From Candidatus Azambacteria bacterium (GTDB lineage: Bacteria; Patescibacteriota; Minisyncoccia; GWC2-36-17; M10-OD1-4), in contig JALTWS010000019.1 in NCBI GenBank assembly GCA_027048495.1, positions 1 through 58,681 on the forward strand: a DNA stretch of 58,681 bases. Direction: 5' to 3'. Position 1 is the first letter of the stretch. Each line of letters starts with the position of its first letter. The notes under the pieces are model-generated. The model ran no database searches and was not told the origin of the DNA. It was given only the letters and a program-made list of their open reading frames with translations. This document shows positions 1 through 9,610 of this stretch, piece after piece. A program made the position numbers and the translations under genes.

Positions 1-30
1 GTGGAGTTTACAAGCAACAATTAAAAAATT

Positions 31-56
31 AAACGGCGCAAACGCGCCGTTTTTGC
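31..56. terminator. Hairpin, probable intrinsic terminator
   Basis: aaacggcgc-aaac-gcgccgttt followed by T-run; A-run upstream. Confidence 0.6.
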
Positions 57-75
57 TTATTTTTTGTTTTTTAAG

Positions 76-723
76 TTAACATTTTTTTATTCTCAAAGAT
101 AAAACGTAAGTCCAGCGCAACATAACAGCTCCTATTATCAAAGATAAAATAGGATCTATTAGATTAAAGCCGGTTGTCATTATCAAAACTCCGCCAATAA
201 CAACAGCAATGCTTTGTAAAAGATCTGATAATACATGAAACTTAACAGATTCATGGGTTATATTTTCATCATGCATGTGATCTAAAATTTTGTGTTGTAT
301 GTAATTGCCAACGGTTCCTAAAATTGCAATTGATATCATAATCCAGCTGTTTATCTCTCTTGGCTCAAATATTCTTGCGATAGCCTCATATATTATCCAC
401 AAAGAGACGGCAAGAAGCAGACCGGCGTTTATGTATCCGCTTGTTTTTCTTAGCTTTTTTTCGTTTAATCCTTTTGAGATGTAGTAAGACACAACAATTG
501 CAACAAAAACAGAAGATGCGTCAATTAACACATGCCAAGCATCGGCAAGCAAAGCCAAGCTGTTTGATATTATTCCGCCGACAAGCTCAATTAAAAAAAC
601 AGAAAAAGCAATAAAAAACACCAAGCTGAATTTTTTTAGCTCACAAAGACAATTATGTCTTAAGTCGCATTTATCAAAATGTTTTTTTATTTTTTTGTGT
701 TGTGTGTGACAATTTGCGCTCAT
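76..723 (-). other. Cation diffusion facilitator (Zn/Co/Cd efflux), lacking cytosolic C-terminal domain
   Basis: SNSLALLADAWHVLID and HVLSD metal-site motifs; about 6 TM helices; 215 aa. Confidence 0.85.
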
Positions 724-914
724 AATTTTTGTATTAATTTATAACATAGTTTATTTAATAAAAAAAGAAAAAGCATAAAAAATACTAAAAAACTTTTCCA
801 CAACAAAAATTTGCAAAAACTCAAAAAAAAAAAAAAGATATAGTAGTTTTGTTACCAGGATAATCTTGATAACATTTTGTTCTTTTTATCAACAACCTAA
901 GTGGAGGGTGAAGG

Positions 915-1337
915 ATGAAATTGCTCAAAAGCGCAGTTTTTGGTATGATGCTGGCATTGCCGATGTTTGTTTTTTCTGGGAGTTCTCAGGCTAATGGTGC
1001 CTATGCATTTTCTGTGGATAGGTTTCAGTTTCCTGAGGATGATGAAGAAGATTGGAGAATAATATTTCATCTTTATACTAATTATTCTCCAGATCCAAAT
1101 CAATTCATTATTTATGGATGGACTGCATTTGGCAACTGGAGGGATATAACACAAGATGTGATAGGGCAATCCCCTGCATGGTATGAATGCAAGGCGGATT
1201 TTGTGAGTATAACATTTAATCCTTCTTATCCCAGATATGAGGTTGTTTATAGAATGGGAGACAGAATGTCATATTGGTCACCAGCCTGTCTTGGCTTATC
1301 TAATCCACAATATTATAATTTTTATTTGGATTATTAA
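915..1337 (+). CDS. Hypothetical secreted protein
   Basis: Signal-peptide-like N-terminus; GGAGG upstream; terminator downstream. Confidence 0.65.
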   Translation: MKLLKSAVFGMMLALPMFVFSGSSQANGAYAFSVDRFQFPEDDEEDWRIIFHLYTNYSPDPNQFIIYGWTAFGNWRDITQDVIGQSPAWYECKADFVSITFNPSYPRYEVVYRMGDRMSYWSPACLGLSNPQYYNFYLDY

Positions 1338-1344
1338 TTTTTAT

Positions 1345-1381
1345 TAGGGTTGGTAGATGTTTCTACCAACCCTACTTTTTT
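1345..1381 (+). terminator. Intrinsic terminator
   Basis: 13-bp stem tagggttggtaga/tctaccaacccta plus T-run. Confidence 0.8.
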
Positions 1382-1396
1382 GAAATAATAAAAAAT

Positions 1397-1723
1397 ATGT
1401 TTAAGAATAAAACTTCAAAATTTTTAATGAATAATTATGTTTTGGGGGTCTCTATTATATTTTTTGCTTTTATTTTTATAAATTACCAGTTCTCTTTTAA
1501 CTTTTTTAAATATACAGGTCCTATTTTGGGTGTTTTTATTGAGTGGTTATTCTTTCTTGTACCGATTTATTGGGCTTTTCGTATAATGTTTTATTTTAAA
1601 AAAAATAAGTTAATCTTAGTTTTATTTTTTATATTTTCATTTTTGTATTTTCTTGCTCTGATTTATTCTGGTGTTTTTTCTTATGGCTTTGAAGTTATTT
1701 TAAAAGAAGGATTAAGCAATTAA
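1397..1723 (+). CDS. Hypothetical membrane protein
   Basis: Three hydrophobic segments; very AT-rich. Confidence 0.5.
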   Translation: MFKNKTSKFLMNNYVLGVSIIFFAFIFINYQFSFNFFKYTGPILGVFIEWLFFLVPIYWAFRIMFYFKKNKLILVLFFIFSFLYFLALIYSGVFSYGFEVILKEGLSN

Positions 1724-1825
1724 ACTTAATCATTCAATCATTATTCTTGTTATTGGGAGGTATAATTGGATATTTTATATCAACGAGATAGTTAATATAG
1801 TTATAAAATAAATTTTTTAAAAAAT

Positions 1826-2295
1826 ATGGATAAATTAAAGTTTAATTTACAAAAAAGTATAAAATTAATTTTGGGAGTTTTATTTTTGTTTGCTACTTAT
1901 TTTATGCTTTTCTATTAACTTTTGGCGCTTACAGAAATGCTTTTTGTTCCATGGAATACTATAGATGTTAAATTAAGGCCAGAAGTCGGTAGTTGGGAAA
2001 TATCTTTAAATGATTTTTTTTGAATCAGGAATTGGAGCAAAGCTTTTTTCAATTTTATTTGTTGGTTTTAGTTTAGTTGCTTTATTTTTAAGAGAGGAGG
2101 CTTATATTACAAAATATTATATTTTTTTGGAATTTTAAATTTAATCTTTTTATTTTTTGCTATTTTAATTTTATTTTTAAGTAATTTTATAAATAGTATT
2201 ATTTTTGGAAATAATGTCATAGGATATGAAAAAAATATTATACCAATACTATTTTTAGCGATTTTTAAACTAAAGTTTAAAAGATTTAATTTTTA
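1826..2295 (+). pseudogene. Degraded membrane-protein gene
   Basis: ATG 1826, in-frame TAA 1916-1918, frame continues (LLALTEMLFVPWNT...GSWE); hydrophobic coding resumes in other frames after T-runs (T8 at 2014-2021). Confidence 0.4.
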
Positions 2296-4259
2296 ACTCT
2301 CTCAATCGCCTGATTAAGTATCTCACAGTACAAGTTTAGTCCGATTTGGTTTACCGCTCCGGTTTGGTTTTTCCCTAAAATGTTTCCCGCTCCGCGTATT
2401 TGCAAATCCTGCATAGCAAGCTCGTATCCGGCGCCAAGCTGTGAGTATTTTTCAAGCGCTTCCAATCTTTTTTTGGCGTTTTCTGTGAGTGATTTTTCTT
2501 TGAACATAAAATAAGCGTAGGCTTCTTTTGTGTGTCTGCCTATTCTTCCTCTTATCTGATGCGCCTGTGAAAGCCCTAAAATCTCTGCGCAATCTATTAT
2601 CAATGTATTTACATTTTTAATATCAAGCCCGTTTTCTATTATCGTTGTTGAGACTAAGACATCAAACTCTTTGTTTTTGAATTTTAGCATTGTGTCTCGG
2701 AGTTCTTTTTCTGAGAGTCTGCCGTGGATTTCTCTAAACCTTGCTTCGGGGACCAGTTTTTTTAGGTCTAAAAGAGTTTTTTGTATTGTTTCAATTTTGT
2801 TGTGTAAAAAATAAACCTGCCCGCCTCTTTTAAGCTCATTTTCTATTGCGCTTTTTACTTCTGTTTCATTGTAAGGTATAACTTTTGTGTGTATTGGCAT
2901 TCTGCCAAGCGGGGGAGTATTTATTTGGCTTATGCTTCTTATACCAGACAAAGAAAGATAAAGTGTTCGCGGTATTGGAGTTGCCGACATGCTTAAGATA
3001 TCTATATTTTCTTTTAATTTTTTCAGTTTTTCTTTTTGTTTTACTCCAAAGCGTTGTTCTTCGTCTATTATCAAAAGTCCCAGCTTTTTAAACTCAATAT
3101 CAGAAGAGAGTATCCTGTGAGTTCCTATTATGATATCCACTTTTCCTTCTTTTATGTTTTTTATAGTTTCTTTTTGTTTTTTTGGATTTTCAAATCTGTT
3201 TAGAACCGCAATATTTACCGGAAACTTTTTAAACCTTTCTTTAAAATTTTCAAAATGTTGGTCGGAAAGTATGGTAGTAGGGCAAAGCACTGCAACCTGA
3301 AAACCTGAGTTTACGGCTTTGAAAGCCGCGCGCATAGCAACTTCCGTTTTTCCAAAGCCAACATCTCCGCATAAAAGCCTGTCCATTGGGGTATCAGATT
3401 CCATATCTTTTTTAATTTCTTCTATTGCTTTTTTTTGGTCGGGGGTTTCCGGATGAGGGAACGCATCTTCAAATTCTTTTTGAGAAGAGTCGTCTTTTTG
3501 GCAGGGCGTCTTTTTTGCAACTGATCTTTTTGCGTAAAGCTCCAAAAGTTCTTTTGCAAGTTTCTCTGCATCTTCGGATGCTTTTTTTAGAGTGTTTTGC
3601 CACAAACTTCCGGAAAGTCTGTGAATTTTTGGTTTCTCAAACCCAAGATACAAAGAAAGGTTTTGGGCTTTTTCTTCTGGAACAAAAAGTTTGTCTGGAT
3701 CAGCTCCTTTTTTTGGCGGGGCGTATTCTAAAAGATAGTATTCTTTTTCGTTTAATTTGACTTTTCCTTTGTAAATGCCAATGCCATGGTCTTTGTGAAC
3801 CAAAAAATCTCCCTCTGATATATTTTTTAAATGATGGGCGTCTTGCGCTTTAAACCTCTTTTTTAAGATTTTATCTCTTTTGCCTTCGTCAAAAGTTATA
3901 TCTTTTAACTTTTTTATGCTTTCTATTTGGTTTCCCAAAAAATCCAAAAGCACGGCGCAATTTGAGTTTATCGGAAAAACAACGACCGATCCTCCTCTTT
4001 GTGAAAATTCCCCCGGTAGGGATACAGTCATAACTTTCTGGTAATTTAAATCATCAAGCTTTCTTAAAAGTTCAGATAGTTTTATATTTTGGTCTTTTTC
4101 AAACAAAACAGCATGGTTTTGCCAAAAACTGTCCATTTTCAAAAGCCGTTTTATCTTTTTTTCGTTTTCTGAGAACCACAAAAGCTCCCTTTCCGCCAAA
4201 TGGGGGGTAAGGGATACTATTAAAATTTCTTTTAAATTTTCTGATTCTTTTTTCGGCAC
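2286..4259 (-). CDS. mfd: Transcription-repair coupling factor, short form
   Basis: CarD-like RID (LVHKDHGIG), MDRLLCGDVGFGKT, DEEQRFG, QIRGRIGR, DLQIRGAG; probable GTG start 4259 after TTGACT-17-TACCTT. Confidence 0.9.
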   Translation of the reverse strand: MPKKESENLKEILIVSLTPHLAERELLWFSENEKKIKRLLKMDSFWQNHAVLFEKDQNIKLSELLRKLDDLNYQKVMTVSLPGEFSQRGGSVVVFPINSNCAVLLDFLGNQIESIKKLKDITFDEGKRDKILKKRFKAQDAHHLKNISEGDFLVHKDHGIGIYKGKVKLNEKEYYLLEYAPPKKGADPDKLFVPEEKAQNLSLYLGFEKPKIHRLSGSLWQNTLKKASEDAEKLAKELLELYAKRSVAKKTPCQKDDSSQKEFEDAFPHPETPDQKKAIEEIKKDMESDTPMDRLLCGDVGFGKTEVAMRAAFKAVNSGFQVAVLCPTTILSDQHFENFKERFKKFPVNIAVLNRFENPKKQKETIKNIKEGKVDIIIGTHRILSSDIEFKKLGLLIIDEEQRFGVKQKEKLKKLKENIDILSMSATPIPRTLYLSLSGIRSISQINTPPLGRMPIHTKVIPYNETEVKSAIENELKRGGQVYFLHNKIETIQKTLLDLKKLVPEARFREIHGRLSEKELRDTMLKFKNKEFDVLVSTTIIENGLDIKNVNTLIIDCAEILGLSQAHQIRGRIGRHTKEAYAYFMFKEKSLTENAKKRLEALEKYSQLGAGYELAMQDLQIRGAGNILGKNQTGAVNQIGLNLYCEILNQAIERVKN

Positions 4260-4319
4260 ATTCAAAAAGGTACTAAAATAAAGATAAAAAGTCAAAAATC
4301 AATTAAGCTTTCTACATAT

Positions 4320-4382
4320 CTTTTTGCGGTCCTTCCAAAACAAGCGCAAAGCAAAGCTTCGTTTATTGCTTTTTTAAGTTTT
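4320..4382. repeat. Duplicate of pth 3' segment (matches 5002-5063)
   Basis: About 62 bp direct repeat, 1 mismatch and 1 indel. Confidence 0.9.
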
Positions 4383-4621
4383 TATTTTAGGTTCTTGTAA
4401 GTCTTTTCATTTCTTAGCCTTATGTCGTCTATGATGACTTCTTTGTTTTCGTAATGAAAAATAATACGAAAGTTTTTGTTTCTGACTTTATAAAATTTAG
4501 TATCTTTTATTTTTGAAATTTTAATAGTGTTTTTGCCAGAAATCAAAGAAAGGATTATATTTTCCAATATAGCTCTTTGTTTTTTTGATATTTTTCGCAA
4601 GAGTTTCTCTATTTTATCCAT
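4382..4621 (-). CDS. RelE/ParE-like toxin
   Basis: 79 aa, basic, YKVRNKNFRIIF...RNEKTYK pattern; overlaps antitoxin-like gene. Confidence 0.7.
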   Translation of the reverse strand: MDKIEKLLRKISKKQRAILENIILSLISGKNTIKISKIKDTKFYKVRNKNFRIIFHYENKEVIIDDIRLRNEKTYKNLK

Positions 4622-4871
4622 CTATTTTTTTAATGGCTTTTAGAAAATCTTTTGCGGAAATTCCTTTGCCCTTGTTGTCCCTTGCAGAATTAAATATTAT
4701 CTTTGAATCTTTATTTGAAGACTTGCCTAAAATATCATCAAGCTTTAGTGGTTTTACTTTAAGCACATCACCCTCAAAGCTTACCAGAAATCTATCTGTT
4801 TTAAATTTCTTTCTCCATTTGGAAGGGAGTGTTATTTGACCTTTTGTTGTTGCTTTTAATATGGTGTTCAT
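4614..4871 (-). CDS. AbrB/MazE-family DNA-binding protein (antitoxin)
   Basis: TTKGQITLPSKWRK swapped-hairpin motif. Confidence 0.8.
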   Translation of the reverse strand: MNTILKATTKGQITLPSKWRKKFKTDRFLVSFEGDVLKVKPLKLDDILGKSSNKDSKIIFNSARDNKGKGISAKDFLKAIKKIDG

Positions 4872-4978
4872 TTTTATAGAAATTTTAATTATAAAAAGTA
4901 AGAAATTCTTACTTTTTAAGTATAGGTTTTATTTTGTTTAAAGTCAAATTATATTTCTTACTGATAATCGTTTGCTAT

Positions 4979-5548
4979 TTATTGATTGTAAAGTTCCATC
5001 GCTTTTTGCGGTCCTTCCAAAACAGCGCAAAGCAAAGCTTCGTTTATTGCTTTTTTGAGTTTTCTTAAAGTTGATTCATCTTTTTTTGTAAATTTTTTAA
5101 GGACAATGTCTGCCGCATCTTTTTTCTTTTTGGTTGGGTTAATGCCCACCCTTATTCTCCAAAATCCTTTTGTTTTTAATTTTTTTATAACACTTTCTAT
5201 GCCTTTATGTCCTCCCGAGTTTTTATTAAAAGATATTTTTATTGATCCAAAAGGCAAGTCAATATCATCTTGTACCACAAAAATATTTTCCGGTTTTGTT
5301 TTAAAGTATTTTGCTCCGGCAGAAACAGCATCTCCTGAAAGATTCATATAAGTTTCAGGGAGCATAAGCACAGTTTTATGTTTTTTTAATTTTCCTTCTG
5401 AAATCAAAGATTTTAATTTTTTGTTTTCTGAAAACTCTGGAAAGTTATTTTTTTTGGCAAAATAAAAAACCGTATCGCGTCCGATATTGTGCCTTGTGTT
5501 TTTGTATTCTTCTCCGGGATTTCCCAGACCCACTATTAAATGTGTCAT
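4979..5548 (-). CDS. pth: Peptidyl-tRNA hydrolase
   Basis: LIVGLGNPG, TRHNIG, PETYMNLSG, GGHKG. Confidence 0.97.
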   Translation of the reverse strand: MTHLIVGLGNPGEEYKNTRHNIGRDTVFYFAKKNNFPEFSENKKLKSLISEGKLKKHKTVLMLPETYMNLSGDAVSAGAKYFKTKPENIFVVQDDIDLPFGSIKISFNKNSGGHKGIESVIKKLKTKGFWRIRVGINPTKKKKDAADIVLKKFTKKDESTLRKLKKAINEALLCAVLEGPQKAMELYNQ

Positions 5549-5552
5549 ATCA

Positions 5553-6587
5553 TTATTTCAAGTCAAAAATATTTTCTGCCAATGTTTTAATTTCAGAATA
5601 GTCAAAGTCTCCTGCTTTTGGCTTCAAAACAAAACCTCTTTGCGAGCCAAACATAAATGTATCTGCAATCAAAAGAGAGTCTTTTTTTCCTGCATCAAGT
5701 GATTTGCTTATGACATTATCATAGCTTATATTTCTTAAAACTTCAAAAAAGCTTTTTATTTCGTTTTCCGCTATATTGGTTTGAATATTGTCTTTTGTTG
5801 CTTTGTAAATTGAAATTAAAGTGGGAAAGTCAACCAAAAGGTTAAGTCCGAATATCTTTTTTCTTAACGCTTCAATAACAGCCTGTTGTTGCTCTATCCT
5901 GTCAAAATCTCCATTTGGAGAATATCTTGTTCTTAAATATTTCTGAACTGTTTCCCCGTCAAAGTATCGCCAGCCTTTTTTTACCTCAAAAACTTCCGTT
6001 CCAAATCCGGGTGTTGGAAATTGGGGATCATAAATATCTTTTTTTACAAACACATTAATTCCTCCCAGAGCGTCAACTATTTTTTGGACTGCTGTGATAT
6101 CAAGCGCAACATAATAATACACATCTTGTCCGGTCATCTCTTTTATTTTTTCAGTTAAAAGTTCTGGATTTCTTTCGTTTTCTGCAAAAAGGGAATTTAT
6201 CTTTGCGTATCTTTTTTCTTTTTTTATATAAACCAAAAGATCGCGAGGAATAGAAAGCAGCGCAAGCTGGTTTGTGCTTGGCTTTATGCTGGCAAGAATT
6301 ATAGAGTCGGTAAGGTCGGGCGCGCTGTTGCCTTTTCCGGGAAGTCCCAAAAATAGTATATTTACTCTGTCATTTTCTTCTCCTTTTAAGGTTAGCTCCT
6401 CATCCTTTAAAAAAGAAAAAGCGGTTTTTACCAGAGCTTTTGAGTTTATATCTGTTTTTGGAGGCTTTGAAAGTTCAGGGGTGTTATAAAAAAATAAAAA
6501 AGGCAAAAAAAACAATATTCCCGCCACTCTTAAAATCCATAAAGCAAAAGGAGATATTTTTTTTTGTTCTGTTTGGTTTTTTTGCAT
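5553..6587 (-). CDS. LCP (LytR-CpsA-Psr) family phosphotransferase
   Basis: N-terminal TM, TDSIIL, SIPRD, KINS, GDFDRIEQQQ; probable start 6587. Confidence 0.9.
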   Translation of the reverse strand: MQKNQTEQKKISPFALWILRVAGILFFLPFLFFYNTPELSKPPKTDINSKALVKTAFSFLKDEELTLKGEENDRVNILFLGLPGKGNSAPDLTDSIILASIKPSTNQLALLSIPRDLLVYIKKEKRYAKINSLFAENERNPELLTEKIKEMTGQDVYYYVALDITAVQKIVDALGGINVFVKKDIYDPQFPTPGFGTEVFEVKKGWRYFDGETVQKYLRTRYSPNGDFDRIEQQQAVIEALRKKIFGLNLLVDFPTLISIYKATKDNIQTNIAENEIKSFFEVLRNISYDNVISKSLDAGKKDSLLIADTFMFGSQRGFVLKPKAGDFDYSEIKTLAENIFDLK

Positions 6588-6678
6588 ATTTATATAATAC
6601 CATAAAAAATGTAGTTTTGCGTGAACAAAATCCAAGCTTTTCTTGTATCGGATGCATTTTTATGGTATAGTCTTTATT

Positions 6679-7227
6679 ATGTTAAAGAGCATTTTATCTT
6701 TTTTATGGGAAACGGCAAAGCTAGTTATCGTAGCGCTTATTATTATAGTTCCTTTAAGGTACTATGTGGTTCAGCCGTTTTTTGTTTTGGGGGCTTCTAT
6801 GGAGCCTAATTTTGAAAATGGCGATTATCTTATAATAGATGAAATATCTTATAAATTTTCAAGCCCAAAAAGAGGAGATGTTGTGGTATTTAAATATCCA
6901 TTTAATCCAAAAGAATACTATATAAAAAGGATAATAGGTCTGCCCGGAGAGACCATTAGCTTCAGAAACGGAAAAGTTTTTATCAAAAATAAAGAAAATC
7001 CCGAAGGTTTCTTTTTAGATGAAAAAGAGTATATGCTGGACGGCAAGGAAACTTACGGATCAGGAGAAGTAAAACTTGGGGTTGATGAGTATTTTGTCTT
7101 GGGAGACAACAGAAGTGCTTCTTCTGATTCAAGAAGATGGGGGCCATTAAAAGAGGAATTTATAGTTGGTAAAGTTCTTTTAAGAGTTTTTCCATTTGAT
7201 TCTGCTAAGTTATATTTAAGCAAATAA
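6679..7227 (+). CDS. lepB: Signal peptidase I
   Basis: GASMEP, YIKRIIGLPG, GDNRSASSDSR. Confidence 0.95.
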   Translation: MLKSILSFLWETAKLVIVALIIIVPLRYYVVQPFFVLGASMEPNFENGDYLIIDEISYKFSSPKRGDVVVFKYPFNPKEYYIKRIIGLPGETISFRNGKVFIKNKENPEGFFLDEKEYMLDGKETYGSGEVKLGVDEYFVLGDNRSASSDSRRWGPLKEEFIVGKVLLRVFPFDSAKLYLSK

Positions 7228-7231
7228 CTAT

Positions 7232-8548
7232 ATGCCAAAAAAGCCAAAAAAAACATTCCAAACTTTAAAAGGAACTTATGATGTTTTGCCGCAAGACCAA
7301 AAGTATTGGGAAAAAATAAAGGCTGTTCTTAAAAATTTGTCTTTGCATTATGGGTTTTCAAGGATAGATACTCCCGTTATTGAATATGCAGATCTTTATA
7401 CTTCTTCTGTTGGAGAGGCTACAGATGTAGTTCAAAAACAGATGTATATTTTCAAAACAAAAGGGAAAGATACAGTCGCTTTAAGACCAGAAGGCACGGC
7501 AGGAATAGCAAGAGCATATATTGAACATGGAATGATAAACTTGCCTCAGCCGGTTAAGTTATACTACATAGGCCCTATGTTTAGATATGAACAGCCACAA
7601 GCAGGAAGATTCAGGCAGTTTTATCAGGCTGGTTTTGAGGTTATCGGAGATAAAGATGCGTCTTATGATGCTCAAGTTATTAACTTGTTTATTAAAATCT
7701 GTTATGGTATAGGATTGAAAAATTTAAGCGTTAAAATAAACAGCATCGGATGCAAGCAGTGCAGGTCAGGATACAGAAGCCAGCTTTTGAGATATTATAG
7801 GTCAAGAATAAAAGGGCTATGTTCTGACTGTAAAAAAAGAGTCAAAATAAATCCATTAAGGCTTCTTGATTGCAAAGAAGAAAAGTGCCAGCCTGCAAAA
7901 ATAAATGCTCCTAATATAATAGACAGTTTATGCAAAGAGTGCCATGATCACTTTAAACTTGTTTTAGAGTTTTTAGACGAGCTTGAAATACCGTATTGTC
8001 TGGACCAATTTTTAGTGCGAGGATTTGATTACTATACAAAAACAGTGTTTGAGGTGTTTTTGGAAGATGAGCATATAGAAGGGGGAAGCGAGAAAACTCA
8101 TAAAAGGTCAAGTCTTGCAATTGGCGGAGGAGGAAGGTATGATTATCTTATTAAGATGCTTGGAGGTAAAGATGTGTCTGCTGTTGGTGCTGCTTTGGGA
8201 ATTGAAAGAGTCTTGGACGCTATGAAACAACAAAACGCAAGAGTGTCAGATTTGCAAAAGTCACAGGTGTTTTTGGTTCAGGTGGGTGAGTTAGGCAAGA
8301 AAAAAAGCATGAAGCTTTTTGATGAGCTTTCTTCTGCTGGAATATATGCTATGGAGGCTTTTGGAAGAAACAGCATATCTTCTCAACTTAAAATAGCAGA
8401 CAGAATGGGAGCTAAAATAAGTTTAATAACAGGACAAAAAGAAGCAATAGATGGAGATGTTATATTGCGGGATATGGAAACAGGAGCGCAAGAGATAATA
8501 CCTGTGGAGAAAATAGTAAAAGTTGTTAAAGAAAGGTTAAAAAAATAA
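7232..8548 (+). CDS. hisS: Histidine-tRNA ligase
   Basis: LRPEGTA, FRYEQPQAGRFRQF, VRGFDYY, GGGRYD. Confidence 0.97.
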   Translation: MPKKPKKTFQTLKGTYDVLPQDQKYWEKIKAVLKNLSLHYGFSRIDTPVIEYADLYTSSVGEATDVVQKQMYIFKTKGKDTVALRPEGTAGIARAYIEHGMINLPQPVKLYYIGPMFRYEQPQAGRFRQFYQAGFEVIGDKDASYDAQVINLFIKICYGIGLKNLSVKINSIGCKQCRSGYRSQLLRYYRSRIKGLCSDCKKRVKINPLRLLDCKEEKCQPAKINAPNIIDSLCKECHDHFKLVLEFLDELEIPYCLDQFLVRGFDYYTKTVFEVFLEDEHIEGGSEKTHKRSSLAIGGGGRYDYLIKMLGGKDVSAVGAALGIERVLDAMKQQNARVSDLQKSQVFLVQVGELGKKKSMKLFDELSSAGIYAMEAFGRNSISSQLKIADRMGAKISLITGQKEAIDGDVILRDMETGAQEIIPVEKIVKVVKERLKK

Positions 8549-8549
8549 A

Positions 8550-8885
8550 ATGGATTGTTTATTTTGCAAAATCACAAATAGAGAATTAAATTCAGATATC
8601 ATTTTAGAAAATGACAAGTTTTTGGTTTTTAAAGATATTCATCCAAAAGCGGATGTGCATGTTTTGATAGTGCCAAAAAAGCATATAGATTCTGTTGATC
8701 ACATAACAGAAGAAGATGCTAAGTTTTTGGGTGATATATTTTTGACAGCCAAAGAGGCGGCAAAAAAGCTGGGAGTTTCCCAAGCTTATAAGCTTGCCAT
8801 AAATGTCGGAAAAGATGGTGGTCAGGAAATAGACCATCTTCACATGCATCTTTTGGCTGAAAGAAAGGAGGTGTCAGACACATGA
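8550..8885 (+). CDS. HIT family nucleotide-binding protein
   Basis: DCLFC...HLHMHLL. Confidence 0.92.
   Translation: MDCLFCKITNRELNSDIILENDKFLVFKDIHPKADVHVLIVPKKHIDSVDHITEEDAKFLGDIFLTAKEAAKKLGVSQAYKLAINVGKDGGQEIDHLHMHLLAERKEVSDT
8864..8873 (+). promoter_or_regulatory. Strong Shine-Dalgarno site of rpsU
   Basis: AAAGGAGGTG 8 nt before ATG 8882. Confidence 0.8.
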
Positions 8886-9121
8886 TAGAAGCAAAAAGAA
8901 AAGAAGGAGAATCAACTGGAGCTTTTTTAAGGAGATTTACAAGAAAAATTCAGCAAAGCCATATATTACAAAAAGCAAGAAAAGCAAGATTTTTGGAAAG
9001 AAAAAAATCAAAAAGGCAGATAAGAGAATCAGCTATAAGAAGAGCAAAAATAGCTCAGGAAAAAGAAAGATTATATAAATTAGGTAAAATAAGCGAAAAT
9101 GAGTATAAAAAAGGAAATTAA
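8882..9121 (+). CDS. rpsU: 30S ribosomal protein bS21
   Basis: EGES..FLRRFTRK basic protein; HIT-rpsU-yqeY synteny. Confidence 0.8.
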   Translation: MIEAKRKEGESTGAFLRRFTRKIQQSHILQKARKARFLERKKSKRQIRESAIRRAKIAQEKERLYKLGKISENEYKKGN

Positions 9122-9545
9122 TGATGATTTCAAAGAGGCTTTCAAGTCAAAAGATGATCTTAAAAAAACTGTCCTTGCTTCTTTGAAATCAGAAATAAAA
9201 AACAAAGAGATAGACAACAAAGGTCAGGAGCTTTCTGATGAGCAGATAATTAGCTTGATTTCTTCTGAAATTAAAAAAAGAAGGGAGTCAGCAAAACAAT
9301 ACAAAGAGGGCGGAAGAGATGATCTTGCGCAAAACGAAGAAAAAGAAGCTGAAATATTGCAAAAATATTTGCCAGAACAGCTTTCTGACCAAGAGCTGGA
9401 TGATATGATAGATGATGCCATATCTCAAACTCAAGCAAAAGAAGCGTCTGACATGGGAAAGGTGATGTCTTTTCTGAAGGATAAAATAAAAGGCAGGGCA
9501 GACGGAGCAAAAGTAGCTTCTCTGGTAAAAAATAAATTGTCTTAG
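9099..9545 (+). CDS. GatB/YqeY domain protein
   Basis: IKKRRES..QYKEGGRDDLA..E..IL.KYLPEQLS; GRADG. Confidence 0.92.
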   Translation: MSIKKEINDDFKEAFKSKDDLKKTVLASLKSEIKNKEIDNKGQELSDEQIISLISSEIKKRRESAKQYKEGGRDDLAQNEEKEAEILQKYLPEQLSDQELDDMIDDAISQTQAKEASDMGKVMSFLKDKIKGRADGAKVASLVKNKLS

Positions 9546-9549
9546 TGAG

Positions 9550-9583
9550 ACTTAACGCCAGTTTTGCAAAACTGGCGTTAAGT
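9550..9583. repeat. Perfect 34-bp palindrome abutting TGTTATAAT
   Basis: acttaacgccagttttg|caaaactggcgttaagt. Confidence 0.85.
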
Positions 9584-9610
9584 TGTTATAATTCAAACAA
9601 AAGAAAGATC

